DNA of 64,000 bases from Pavona decussata (taxonomy: Eukaryota). Shown here piece after piece: positions 24,148 through 36,345 of this stretch. The stretch is taken from the NCBI GenBank assembly GCA_977016875.1, contig CDRNST010000144.1:6262001-6326000 (forward strand). The letters run 5' to 3'. The translations under genes were made by a program, and so were the position numbers. The notes under the pieces were generated by a model that searched no databases, was not told the origin of the DNA, and saw only the letters and a list, made by a program, of their open reading frames with translations. Position 1 is the first letter of the stretch. Each line of letters starts with the position of its first letter.

Positions 24148-26500
24148 GGATGTTACTAAAACCAGGAACGGGAAACCAGGAACGGGAAACCGGGAACCGG
24201 GAACGGGCAACAGGGAGCGGGAGTCTGGGAACGAGTGTACAGGGGTAATCCCTATAAGAATTCAAAATAGGCTGTTTAAAAAGAGAGCGCCTTTAAGGTT
24301 TATTTTAGATTTTCTTGGCAGATGTTCCGGGTTAAGTTTCATAACAGGAATTAATGATCTCACATCAGGAAAGATTTGTGAATAATCTCACCCCTTCGTC
24401 GAACAGTAAATTAATTTTAAATTGCCAACGAGTCACCCTCGCGAGGACGCGAGGGTGACGAGGCGGCAGCATTATAAAGCCGACGCGCGAGTTAGTTTTG
24501 GTACAGGCAGAAAAAATCTCGAATGAAAATGTAAGCATAAGGTAAGGATAAGGTAATGTAAGAGTGACATCATCGGTGATTGTTTTCGAGCTAGCCAATG
24601 GCATCGCGGTATTTTTTATCTAAACCAATCAGGAGTATCACGATCGGTGAGCGCTAGTACCCAGATTCTTCTTACACACGCGCGAACTTAAATTTTGTAA
24701 ACAATATGGCGGCCGAAGTGGCGAATTTAGTTGTCTTCGAGAATAGCAGTGTTTATACGTCTTATTGTATAAGGATGGTGTATAAGAATAGCAAAGATCT
24801 TTTTAAGCGCTAGGAAACTTTGCAGAAGTTTCCACGTTTAGGAGCAATCGAATTTTTCCTTCGCACCATCTTATTTTTCGATCCTGCGCGACAGTGTGGA
24901 AATGTTAAGCTCTAATAGCAGATTTGTTGCTCCGTTGGTGGACGGCGAAAGTTTATTTATTTAGCTTCGCCTAACTAAAATACAAACAGAATGGAAACAA
25001 ACAATAGAAACAAAAAAAAAATACCAAAGATATAATAATTAGGCAGGGAGACCACTACAGCGTAGCCAATTACAGCGGATCCCTCCGACGGCTCTGTCAA
25101 TCGAGGAGGTAAGAAAATTCAAATCTTAACTGTTTGTAGAGTGTTTTGTTTTCTGAAGAGGGAGCAATTTTCTTAAAGTAACCTTTCGGTCTTTAATCAT
25201 GATATAGTCAAATTGCAAGCTAAAACGGACAATAGTAGGTCAGTGTTTTTTTGTTGATTTTTAGGTTCTGTTTGAGGGAGATGCACATTGGAGCTGTTTG
25301 AATGCACGAGAAATATTTCAAGTCAATTGCAACTTAGCTTTGTGCCATTCTTCTATTTTCTTTTAAATACCATACTTGCGGCTCATTAATTCAATAAATT
25401 GGATTTGAAAAGCTCATATTTATTGTAAAATTCTGTTATTCCCAGGTTGATAGCTAATCTTGTACACATTAAAGTTGTTTATTTTGGTTTTTGTATAAAC
25501 TCAAACAGGTAATGCAAGGGCCGCAGATGTTTCACCTCTAATCTACCTCACAAGTTTAGATCTTATAGACATTCTAAACAACAAAGAGTAGCATGAGAGT
25601 TTTGCAATGCTTTATTAAACAATGATTCAGTTTGAAAAATGTTTTGTAGTCTGGTTACTTCTTAATTTTCATTCGCAAAGCAACTGTGACAGCTTTTACT
25701 CGTTGGTACTCTACCGGCAGGTATTACTAGTTTTAGACTAAACTTACCGGTTTTCCAAGATTTCAAAGAGGCAGCCAAGATTCAAGGCAAAAACTCGAAA
25801 TTCTATTCTGAAAATGTCTCTCTTAAGGACTCAGTTTTAAATCAGGGATTCGATTCACTGAAGGAAATTGAAACATTCGGCGTATATTTATAAAACATAT
25901 TAACCACATATATAATGAGCCTGTTTGTGTATGCATGGCCTGCCAACCAATCTCTCGCGCGGTTTAGTGGCACGAGAAACCCACCCACGTAACCAACTTA
26001 GCCTTCGAGGGCAGATATGTTCCATCAGGCTAGACTTTCAAAAGGGTCTTCTGTTTAAGGGGCATTGATCCAAATTAATCGCGAACTAAATTGATCCCTC
26101 AAAACGTTTTCGAATACAATTTGGCGGCAAAATGACAAAAGTTTCTGGATTTATTTTCGAATAGGTAGGCCTGTGCGAACGTGTGTGGCGGCTTGCGTGT
26201 CGGCAAAAACTTTGTGTGTTTAACCGGACTGCCTCATTGGTGTTCAGACTCGATCTGTTACCGCCTCGCTACTTATCTGCTGATAATGATAATGAGGTTT
26301 ATAGACTACACAAACACCTACATACACAAACTTTGCCAAAAGATGGCAGATTTTGTTTTCGTCCAAACAAATGGTAACAACCATTGCAGAAACAGGAATA
26401 CGGTGCTCCATGACTTTGCCTAGACGACATTAAAAAGAAAAAAGAAAAAGAGAGCGAGTCGTCTAGCGTAAAAAGCTTCCCATTCATCTCAGTATTAAGC

Positions 26501-26540
<40 letters not shown>

Positions 26541-26631
26541 CGAATTCTTATGCAGATCACCGCTGTGCACTCGTTCCCAGACTCCTGTTCCCCGTTGTTC
26601 CGGGTCCCCGTTCCTGATTTTAGTAACATCC
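24148..26631. mobile_element. Non-autonomous Mutator-like (MULE/Foldback-type) DNA transposon
   Basis: TIRs GGATGTTACTAAAA ... TTTTAGTAACATCC extending ~90-120 bp with 7-bp GGAAC-type subrepeats. Exact 9-bp TSD GTCAACAAG at 24139-24147 and 26632-26640. No transposase ORF. Confidence 0.9.
26501..26540. repeat. (TTA)n microsatellite abutting the inner end of the MULE right TIR
   Basis: Read directly. Confidence 0.95.
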
Positions 26632-26693
26632 GTCAACAAGAAGGAAAAAGCTATTATGGCATACATATCTTGTAAGAATGTAATTGAAAATTA

Positions 26694-27461
26694 CACTCTT
26701 TTTTATAAGAACCTTTTTTATTACAACGCTGAGGCTGAGATTAACTAAAATTTAAGGGGGGACTTAACCTAAATTTGAATGAAATTTGAAGAGGTTTTAA
26801 GAAGGGATGGAAGAAAGAAAATGATTTTTTGAACACTAACAGACAGTTGATACCCACGCAAGAGCACCCCAGGTTGCTAGTGGACTAACTTGGTGTCCGT
26901 CTATTAATTATTAACTACAAATTATAATTTTAAAACTTCACTAGATCTTCAATATTTCTTATTTCTTTTAATTTTACGAATCCTTCAAGAAAAACTTTCT
27001 CCTCCCAAATATACCCAAAAATCACCCAAAAATTCACAAAACACCCCTTAACATAGATTCACGTTATGAGCATAGAGTTTTTGGATTGCTTGAAACGTAA
27101 ACGAGATATTTCTATTAAAGCCATGTCAAGTGGCGGAAAAATGGCCTTTAGGTTAAGTCCCCCCTTAAGAACATAACCCGGGCTGGCAGACAGTTAAGAA
27201 CATTTTTATTACGACCAAATGTTTTTAAAATGAACAGTATAAATACGGATGAAATATGTCATGTAAAACGTCAGTCTTTATTGTCCAACAATAGGTGTTT
27301 TGGTCACGTCCGCATAGATTTCTTGAATTTATTGAAATACTACGACAGATAACTAAGAACATCTTAAGACCTTGTCAGGCTTTAATTGCCAAAAATAATA
27401 AGAGCGTGTATAAGAGCCTCAGCACCCAAAATTAGACGTTCTTTTATATAAAAAAAGAGTG
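26694..27461. mobile_element. TA-flanked MITE (Tc1/mariner-type target) interrupted by the 26756-27164 element
   Basis: TA-CACTCTTTTTTATAAGAAC ... TATAAAAAAAGAGTG-TA termini, inner GCTGAGGCT/AGCCTCAGC inverted pair and repeated TAAGAAC motifs. Confidence 0.8.
26756..27164. mobile_element. MITE with TTAA TSD (Kolobok/piggyBac-type target), nested in another MITE
   Basis: Perfect 18-bp TIR GGGGGGACTTAACCTAAA / TTTAGGTTAAGTCCCCCC, with TTAA at 26752-26755 and 27165-27168. Confidence 0.9.
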
Positions 27462-30400
27462 TATTCGTTTTGTAGATTGTAATTTTACTACATACTAACA
27501 CATATGCTGAGTAGTAAACCAGTTTAATTGACTGAAAACAGAAGCACTGGTTAGGCCAAGCTACAACATGTAAACCGAATTCTACCGAATCATTTCACTG
27601 TAAATGCTTTGTGAACTGCAGTTAGTGAATTTCGCGCGCATATCGCATACACAGCGGATTTACTTGTTCATCCGCCATCAATTTGCACGCACCAATCAGA
27701 TGCTCTAACCACTGAGTTGCAGGAAGTCTCCTTGACTCGCTTCTTGTCTGACGCACGTTCTGCTTCCAGCCAGTAAAATGTGTTTCAACATCAGAAAGTA
27801 CCCACACACAAACAAAGGGGAACAGATAAGCAAATTGGACAAATGAGACTAAACAAAATTGATGTAACTTTTTTTCTGTTGGCCAGTAGGAACAAAAATG
27901 AAGCCGCCGTCATAATGGTTTGCTTTAGTGCATTACTTTTCAGAACAGTTTTCTCTAGAAGCTGTCTTTTTTTGTGAAATAGCTGGATAACGGCTGGACT
28001 TTCAAGTGAAACGATCCTATTCCAGGTTAAAGAAAACTTTCAATGAAAAATGATGTCTTTTTTATGAAAGACCCTTATAACGACTGAATTTCCAAGCGAA
28101 AAGATCTTACTCCGGTCAGGACAGTGATCGGGGAAGAGATGGTAAAAGGAGTTTTAGGTGATGGGTAGACCAACAACACACGACAGACTTGGATAAAGAA
28201 AAATTGTTAAAACTAAGAGGCAAAATTATTGGAACCTTGACCTCCACACAATTTCATTTGATTGAAAATCAACGACCACCCGGGGCTAGGAACGCCACGT
28301 TGTTAGTGCCAGCTTTTTTTTTTTTTTTTTAAAGATAGAAGTTAATGTTCTTATTTGTTTGATATATGGTGCCGCTAGCCGGGCCATTGACAACACCTTT
28401 GCTTTGAGAGTGATTAAAACGCACACTAATCATTTCACGGTGTTATCGTCATGGACGTTTGAAACATTTTTGTTGGAAATTCAAAAGAAGTGTTACGTGA
28501 TGGGAAGATGAACAACACATAACATCACCTAGTTAGTTTGCCAGTTGGACACTGCCTTCAGTATATGTCCTTAATACTGATATCAGTCGTAGTGTGCATC
28601 CATTGCATTTTAAAACTATGCCAATAGTTTGTGAGGACTCATTATGTTTTCTTTTGTTACAATAGTATAATTAAATGTCAAACCCATATGTAACGATGCG
28701 AACTATTGTTGTTTGAGCACTTCATTACTGACTGATTAATTTATCCCTCATAATACAAGAAACAAAATTCAAAATATTCATTGCAATAACAGTAAAAGGT
28801 TTCGTATTTATAAACACTTTTAGCTTATCGTTAACATGGACCGAAGACACCGTCAAAAATTTTTGCAAAGTTAAATGGTTCAAAACATGGTTTTTCCTTC
28901 TGTGGCGAATAATTGCGATGTTGGTGAACATTCAAGTGACAAAAGACCTGATTTTGATTGAGATAACTCTCGCAATGAGTCTGTAGAAACCTAAGAAAGG
29001 CAGACTGAGTGTAATTCTTGCGCTAATACGAATCCTTACAAGAATTAAGAAAATGGAATGGCGCCATGAATTCTTTTAAGAACATCAACGATACATTTAG
29101 CGAGGTATTTTATTCACCGTAAACGGCCGGGTGCAGATATTCACGCGAGCACGTCAAAATACAGCGCAAATTACTATAATTTTGTCTATATACAGCGAAC
29201 TCTCCAAATAAAATTTTCTCATTGAACACAATAACATGAATTGAATTCATAAGGCAGGATATGAAAAGAATCCTGTTTCCTAACGTCACTCAAAGCTGGC
29301 GGCAGGTCATACTGGCGTGCAAAATCTCTCTCTTTTTTTTTGGTTCTGGATATCTTATTGATTTTGGGTAGTGGTAAAGCTCAAAGCAATTATTCTTCTA
29401 TAACTAGAGCACGGTTACCTTACATTCTGTTTTTATCTTAATCCGTTGTGGGACATCAGAACATAAAAAGGAGCCGCTATCGCTGTAGACTCTAAAATTT
29501 ATTTCCAATAAAGATCATTACGTGATAACGTGTATATGAACTGTGACATAGACAGTGATCTGATCCGCAGTTACAAAAGCGCTTTGAAATTGTTTGCAAA
29601 CTGAAGCAAGTTTAAAAGACATTCGAGGCTTCTGACAGGAACCGAACAGATAACCCGCTGTGAGTGAAGCCGCGAGAGGCCGGTTCTACTGATTTCAGCT
29701 CCTTTTATAAAGAAAGAACTGTTTGAGGTTGTCTTATAAGAAACTTGTGTTTGAACCTAAAAAAAAGTCCTTTTATGCGTCAGTAAAATGTTGTCTTACC
29801 TTCCGTTCCATTTGCAAAATAAATAAAGGCCATAACTGGACTTCAACTGATTACTTGAAAACACAACAGTGTTTTCAGTTGAATTCCAGAAATACAGAGG
29901 TCGAATACGACAAGATTGATTGCTGTAGCTATAAAATATTTCTGTTAATTGTCATCAAACAAGATCAAGTTAAGATAATTTTTTATGAAATTGTGGTCCG
30001 TAATTCTAGGGAAATAAAGTCATTATTTATTAAGGTGAGATTTGGCCGTTAAATATTTACTTTCTTCTTTCCTTTCAGAGTTTATTTAGGCGTTTTCGTG
30101 GAACGAATTGCAGACAAAAATGATGGCCTTGTCAGCGATTGATTGAATTTATTACGTCTATTTGGAAACGAGCGATGTTGAACATAGATAAAGCTTGTCA
30201 GAGCGAATACACAGAAATAAAGCATTTTCTATGTTCTACTGATGAATTACCCTTGTCTCTTTATAATCCTGTATTATTTATGTCCAAAAAATGACAATAC
30301 GAAGCTAACTGACTTTTTTTTTCGCGAATGAATGAATGAATAGATGAATGAAAACTACCCATTTCTTACAGCTTCGTTAAACATAATTAGATTTTATCTG

Positions 30401-32245
30401 AGAGAGAAGAGTTTTTTGCTTCTAATGCTATTGTTGTAATTTTCAGTTTTGATAAAAAGGGATGCTTAGCGGAAAAGATCAGAGAAATAAGTGTATTTTG
30501 TCTTTCTTTTTGGTTTGAGTAAAATGGTAAGGTCGTAACAATATTTCCATTTTAGCTATCTCAAAACACCTGCTGTGTAATGGCGTCATGAAATGATTTT
30601 GTTTTTCAGAGGGTAATCTTACGTAAAGAGCGACGCTTCCTAGTGCATGCAGAACGCTTAGCATTTTAGAAATTAAGGGGAAAAATGTAATGAACTGTTT
30701 GAACTTGTGAAAATATTTTCTTTTCCGAATAAAGAACTACTCAACGCGCCTGCAGCAGACAATTTGCACTTATGCGCAAAACGAATGCATCTTGACACTC
30801 CATTTTGATTTAAGGTTTCCTGTTACGTAGCCATATGACTAATAAATCGATTCCTTATACAAGAGAAAAAAAGAGGAAAAAAAACACCACGGTTACATCT
30901 GTTCCGTGCGTAGAGGAACTAAGCTACACGTGAATCGAAGGTATTTTCGTAATTTAGTCAAAATAGAGACGATGACAAAACCTTGAATTCATTGAGTATG
31001 GGCGTGTGAAGATGATGGCAGGTCTAATCAAACATAAGTCTTCAATCACTGCTCTTTTTCTAATGACAGAAGTTAAATTGTATAAAAGCTTCAACAAAGC
31101 TGCTCCTAATGGCTGGCTATAAGTCCGAGAAAATTTCTTGGATATCGTTTGTTTGAAATGATAAGTTTATATTTTACTTGCAGTGGCCGGCAAATGAAAC
31201 ACTTCATTTACCACCGAAGCCACTATTTTTCTAGCTGGTGGGAAAACACACTCGTTATATTAAGTATTAAATCTTTTTTTCTAAAAATGAAAAGCAGGAA
31301 TGCATCTAAACAAGAATTTCGTTTATCAGACTAGACAAGTAGAACAATTGAAAGAGTATTTAGTTTAGTATTAGCTGAAGTACGTACAATTTTGTTTACG
31401 AACAGCTCCTGGCTTACCGGAATTTTTTTTGGCTGTAGCATGAATTGTTGCTTTTAAAGGTGAAATTTCTGCTTAGTTTGTACGATGCAGTTAAACGTTA
31501 CTGAAAAGAACTGTACCCGAAAATAAATGAAGCAAAGAACTTACCGAGAAACAGGCTTTCCGCTTTTCAAATCAAGTTATTGAATGAATTCAGGAACAGC
31601 AACTTTGAATAATAATGAAGTTAAGAAAATCAATGACGCGGCAATCAGAAAGCATTAACTGAACTAAAATTACTTTAGAAAACAATAATTACTTTTGGAG
31701 ATGTGTCGAGTGCCGATGAAAGGAAACGAGTTACGTAGTCTGCCAAGATTTAAAAAAGAACTTATTTAGAGCGCTTTTAAAAGGACCTAAAATCATGTAA
31801 AATGGCATTTGAAATTCACTTACATTTTCTTCGTAATTCAATATTGATTTTTTTCCGTTAGGTTTAATGAGCATTTCACCTGAAAATTCATTTGTGAAAT
31901 TTGGGCTTTTTAAATTTTTTCTACCCCTCATGTTGTTGCGTTTTGCTTACATCAATAAAGAAAAAGATATTTTTGTACAAAGCTTGATACTTTCTTGACC
32001 AAACATGTTGCTCTCACGGGAATTTGCTCTGTCATAAAGCAACTCAAAAGCCCACGAGACTGAACACACGCGTTCTTGTTTAATTTATTTTTCTAAGAGC
32101 GGCGTGTCATAATTTAAAATTTTCTCTTTAACTCAATGAAAGTTTTTTTAAAACTTTTTTTTAGCACTACCATTTACATTTTATCCTTTTAGCCTACGCT
32201 CATTAGTTTTAACTATTTAAGAGTCAATTTTGGCGTAAATCTTAT

Positions 32246-32317
32246 CAACCTCGTTCCAATGGTCCTCTTTCTTTCTCGATTGACAGAAGAAGAGAGAGGA
32301 CTCTGAGAACGAGGTTG
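32246..32317. mobile_element. Miniature hairpin element
   Basis: CAACCTCGTTC ... GAACGAGGTTG termini with complementary pyrimidine/purine inner arms. Confidence 0.65.
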
Positions 32318-32455
32318 AACCATTATGTCATGAGACATCATCATCTCATGTTCTTAGGGCCGAGTCTCGCTCTTCCTCTCTTTGGAATGGAGGTTAGGGG
32401 AGGGGAAAAAATTTTCTTACTGCCGGCTGGGCTCGTTTGCAGTTTTTTTTGTTAA

Positions 32456-32782
32456 GGAAGGGGCCTAAAAATACAAAGCCTTTTTTGGCGCGGCCTATGA
32501 CTATGCGCAAAAAGAGGATCTTAGCAAGAGTTATTGTAATACAAAAAGACAATTGGGGGTAGCCACGTATTTTTCAGGGATAGTTAAGGTTCAACTTAGA
32601 AAAAGATGCCATACATTGCTTTGTATTTTAACGCTTTCTAGAATTATAGTTGCTTAATTGTCTCTGAAAAATGCATGGCTACCCCCAGGTACCTTTTTCG
32701 ATTTCAAAATCCGTTTCTAAGATCTACTTTTCCCGCGTAGTCATAAACTGGGAAAATTCCTTTGCATTAGGAGGCACTGCGC
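32456..32782. mobile_element. MITE family A copy
   Basis: TTAA-GGAAGGGGCCTA ... TAGGAGGCACTGCGC-TTAA; internal GCCATACATT..TTTGTATTTTA and TTGCTTAATT shared with 22504-22896. Confidence 0.75.
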
Positions 32783-33446
32783 TTAAGCCACGTGCTTAAC
32801 ATCCTGCGAGTAGAGACCCTCTTGACTCTCCAAAGAAGAAGGGGAAAGTTAGCTCTGCAGAAATCGTAATAAGTCTTTGAATGCGCCGTAGTCCAAACTT
32901 TTGGCTTAGCAACTCCGGTTTTTACAATTTTTGTTTTGTTTAAAGACCGAAGGCCAAGACTGAACCCATTCCACCAGGGCAAAATGTTTTGCAGGATTGT
33001 TTAGAATGATGTGTACCTGAGGAGTGGTACGTTTGACGAGACTCGGTAAACAAATATTTTTAGAACTACAAATCTAAACAAGAAGCTCTAAGGAATAATC
33101 TGCGGATTAAACGGTAAAATTCAAAGAATTCAGAGTGAAACATATCATTCTTGGAGAACAGCTCTTTTTTGGTCAAGCGCGGCCGGGAAGACAAACGCTG
33201 TAATCACAAAATATTACACGAGCGGTAGACTTTCTAGGAAATGTTCGAGCGCCTTGGGAGTTCTTGGTAAAGTGAATTGCATGTATATGTTTGATTGTAA
33301 ATTGTAATGAAATTTGATTGACCGATTCTTCGTATTCGGAATACAGCAGCTTTTGCGAAAAAAGTACAATGTTAGGGTATGCTTCCTTGAAACGAAAATT
33401 GAACGCTTTTGGTTTTCAAACATAAGCAAAAGCTTATCTGAATAAA

Positions 33447-33449
<3 letters not shown>

Positions 33450-33504
<55 letters not shown>

Positions 33505-33510
33505 TTTATT
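33450..33510. repeat. Compound (TTA)n-(TTTA)n microsatellite
   Basis: Read directly. Confidence 0.95.
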
Positions 33511-34519
33511 TTTAATTTAAAGGAAGTTTCCCTTTTTTGTTTTGAGGCAAACACTATTTTGAGGCCACGAGATTCGGCCTGGACTTAAACTTTAGCCAAA
33601 GCAAAAGCTTGCGCATGCTCAATACAAATTTGGGAAGATATCTGCAGAACCTTTCTTCTCTCGTGGAAAGAAAAGCTCTGCTAGCAGGATGGAATCCTGA
33701 CCGTCAGAAAGTAGTATTGAAAGTGGTTTATTTTTGAATTTTTTTTGTTTAAAAGACATATTAGTGTTAATTTTAAAAGGGGAGTAGATATTTTGGGGAA
33801 ATATTTTTTAAGGTGGTTTACAACGGTTTCCACCACTTCGATAACTTGGTCAATCATGACTACCACTCTTTATCAGTGGATATTAGTGGTATCAAACAAA
33901 TGCCTAAACTTTGGTAAACAAGTTAAGGCCGGTCATTTTTTGGCCTTAATAGGTTAACATGGCAACACTATAACCTGTTAAAGCAATCCTAATTTTAGTT
34001 TTAGGTGAATATAATTCAAACACGAGCTCGCTGACCTCCAATCTTTTCACTATCGAATTGTGATCGCATGCGAAGACGCAACTTTTGCAATTTAAAAAAA
34101 TATAGAAAGGGGTTCAGAGCATTCTTATATTCTCGAAAATTTAAGGTGGTTCTGAACTCCTCCCTAAAAGTTTGTTTGAAGAAAAGTTACGTCCTGGCAT
34201 GCTGAATACAATTCAATAGTAAATAAAATCGAGAAAACAAATAAAAGTTGTTCACTGATGTTTAGACATTTGTTTAATACACCATTATTGTAGTATCATT
34301 TGATAAGGAGTGGTAGGAGAGAGTCAGCCACCACAAATGGATCCAACGAAAGTTTTGGGTGAAAAAAGGACGGTTAAAGGCCCCTGGAATAACATGTTGG
34401 CTTTTGCCTTGATCTACTCCTAGTTTTCGTGAGGCTGTTCATAATAGTGAAAAATTGCACGAACAAAAACCTCCCAAAAGTAAGTAAACGAACAAAAAAG
34501 TTTTGAACAAAAGAGAGAC

Positions 34520-34783
34520 AAGAAATGTGATGTTATATTTTGAACCTGGTGAAAAAATGATAGATGTATGTTTTTCAGTCAGTGACACAGGCACACTCGG
34601 AAAAAGAAAATCCGAGTTCTCCCAACTGGGGTCGAACATAAGACCTTCCGATTCCTAGCTCGCATGCTCTATCACTAAGCTACAGGAGACTCGTGAAAGC
34701 TAAGACCATTAAACAAGGTTCATGGGACAAACATCCTGCATACTGTTAACATTTTTGTGGTATATGTGAAAGAAATGTGATGT
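34520..34783 (-). mobile_element. tRNA-derived repeat, same family as 13148-13475
   Basis: Shares CTCGGAAAAA..AAATCCGAGT, TAAGACCTTCCGATT and GCTACAGGAGACTCGTG with the intron copies; AAGAAATGTGATGT at both ends. Confidence 0.8.
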
Positions 34784-36130
34784 CCACTCAGTCAGGGGAC
34801 TTCCTGGCTGACTTCACGTTACTGGCTTTACGTGCCGTCACAAAGGAAAACACATGAGTCTGAAATAACTGGAAACTTGGAAAACTTTGAATGTTAAGAA
34901 ACCTTTGATGGACCTACAAATTCACCGTTGCATTTATACAACAACAATTCAGCTCCCCTCCCTCTTAGCAGTGTTGGTCCGCCGCTGATCATCAGATCCT
35001 CAAAGCAACAATGAGTGAGGAGAGGTTGGGGAGGGAAGGTTTACTACTCTCCTATCAATGTTTGCTTCAAGGGACATGGAGATCTACGCGCACAATTCAC
35101 GTTTTTCTTATCTACTTTTGTCCAAGATTGTGGTTTATGTTGATATGGCAAACGAAAAATGTCGGCGTAGTCTGACTCCAGATTGATCACATATTTATTT
35201 CACACGTGGATACAGGTCAGTTCGGTCTCAAAGGGGTGTCGGACTATACATTAGTAATCAGTATTCAATTCAAAGTGAAGTGAGATCGACATTGTTAGCA
35301 TAGGGATGGTTTCTTGAACGAAGCAGCGAAGCAAAACGTGCGAACGTTCACATTCGGAACTCTACAAATGTGGAGACAGATATTCAGTCGCACCGACACA
35401 ATGTAAATCGACAATATAGAGATAATCACTCCAACTCACATCTTCGGCATCGTTCGTTGGCATTGTAACTGCAATCTCCTTCACAAGCGCCTCGTCTGTG
35501 TTGTCATATTTTTGCCGGTTGAAGTGTCATGATTTAAAGCACGGGAAAAGAGCTGAGCTTCTTTTTCTTTCATGTTGTTAGTATACCATAAAATTATGAT
35601 TGTAAGTTCTCCCACTAAAATGAAAGCTTTTCAAATTTCAGACAATAAAATTCAGAATTTAAAGCTAAATCTAATGCCTAAGACTGTTTTAAGGGCTTAT
35701 TTTCGGGGAGCACTTGTTTTTATGGGAAGTGGAATGCTTATTGTTGGAGGGAAAATTGCGTTTTTACTGGTTTGACCGAGTAAAAGGTGCTTTTAAAAAA
35801 CACCAAGCTAACTACAGTAAAAACCCGTAAACAAGAACATGTGGATAAGAACACCCAGGCTGAAATTTGGTAAAAAAGAAGCATATATATAAGAACACAT
35901 TCAGCCTGAAAATTGAAAATTGTTCTTCACAGGAAAAAAGCTAACCGGCAGAACGCATTGGATTAACTCTTATAGTTATTCTGGGTGGAATTTTTCTCGA
36001 TATGGTCGTTTAATTCTTGTAACTACTTCATATAAACTAAGGTAAATAAACTTCACTTGTTGCTATAGAGAGGAAAAAGATTTTCGCAGTTTTCTAAGCA
36101 ACCAGACTGTTGCGAAAAAAAAAACAGAAA

Positions 36131-36345
36131 AAAAATTCAGGCTTGAATGCAGTGAACCGCAGTGCGTAAACATGTTTCAAGTTGGCTGTTAGCTCAGTTG
36201 GTAGAGCACTGCACCGGCATTGCAGAGGTCATGGGTTCGAATCCCATTCAAGCCTGAATTTTTTTCATGATAACCGATAAAGATAACCGCTAGAAACTTT
36301 TTCTTCAATATAATTTTTCATCCGCAGTGCGTATACATGTTTCAA
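36131..36345 (+). mobile_element. tRNA-derived SINE-like repeat (second family) with inverted and direct terminal fragments
   Basis: TAGCTCAGTTGGTAGAGC and GGTTCGAATCC boxes within 36183-36260, weak acceptor stem, followed by TTCAAGCCTGAATTTTTT. Degenerate relatives at ~7908-8025 and ~29525-29575. Confidence 0.75.

Noticed and set aside
24157-24233. CRISPR-like or telomere-like array
   Set aside because: 7-bp units without spacers that form part of a transposon TIR in eukaryotic DNA.
24952-25086. Possible LINE 3' tail inside the MULE
   Set aside because: Only a short (TTTA) end and partial GACGGC flanks; cannot be supported without a repeat library.
36183-36260. Apparent tRNA gene
   Set aside because: A and B boxes present but the acceptor stem pairs poorly and it is embedded in repeat-family sequence. 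The same applies to 13314-13380 and 62425-62505.
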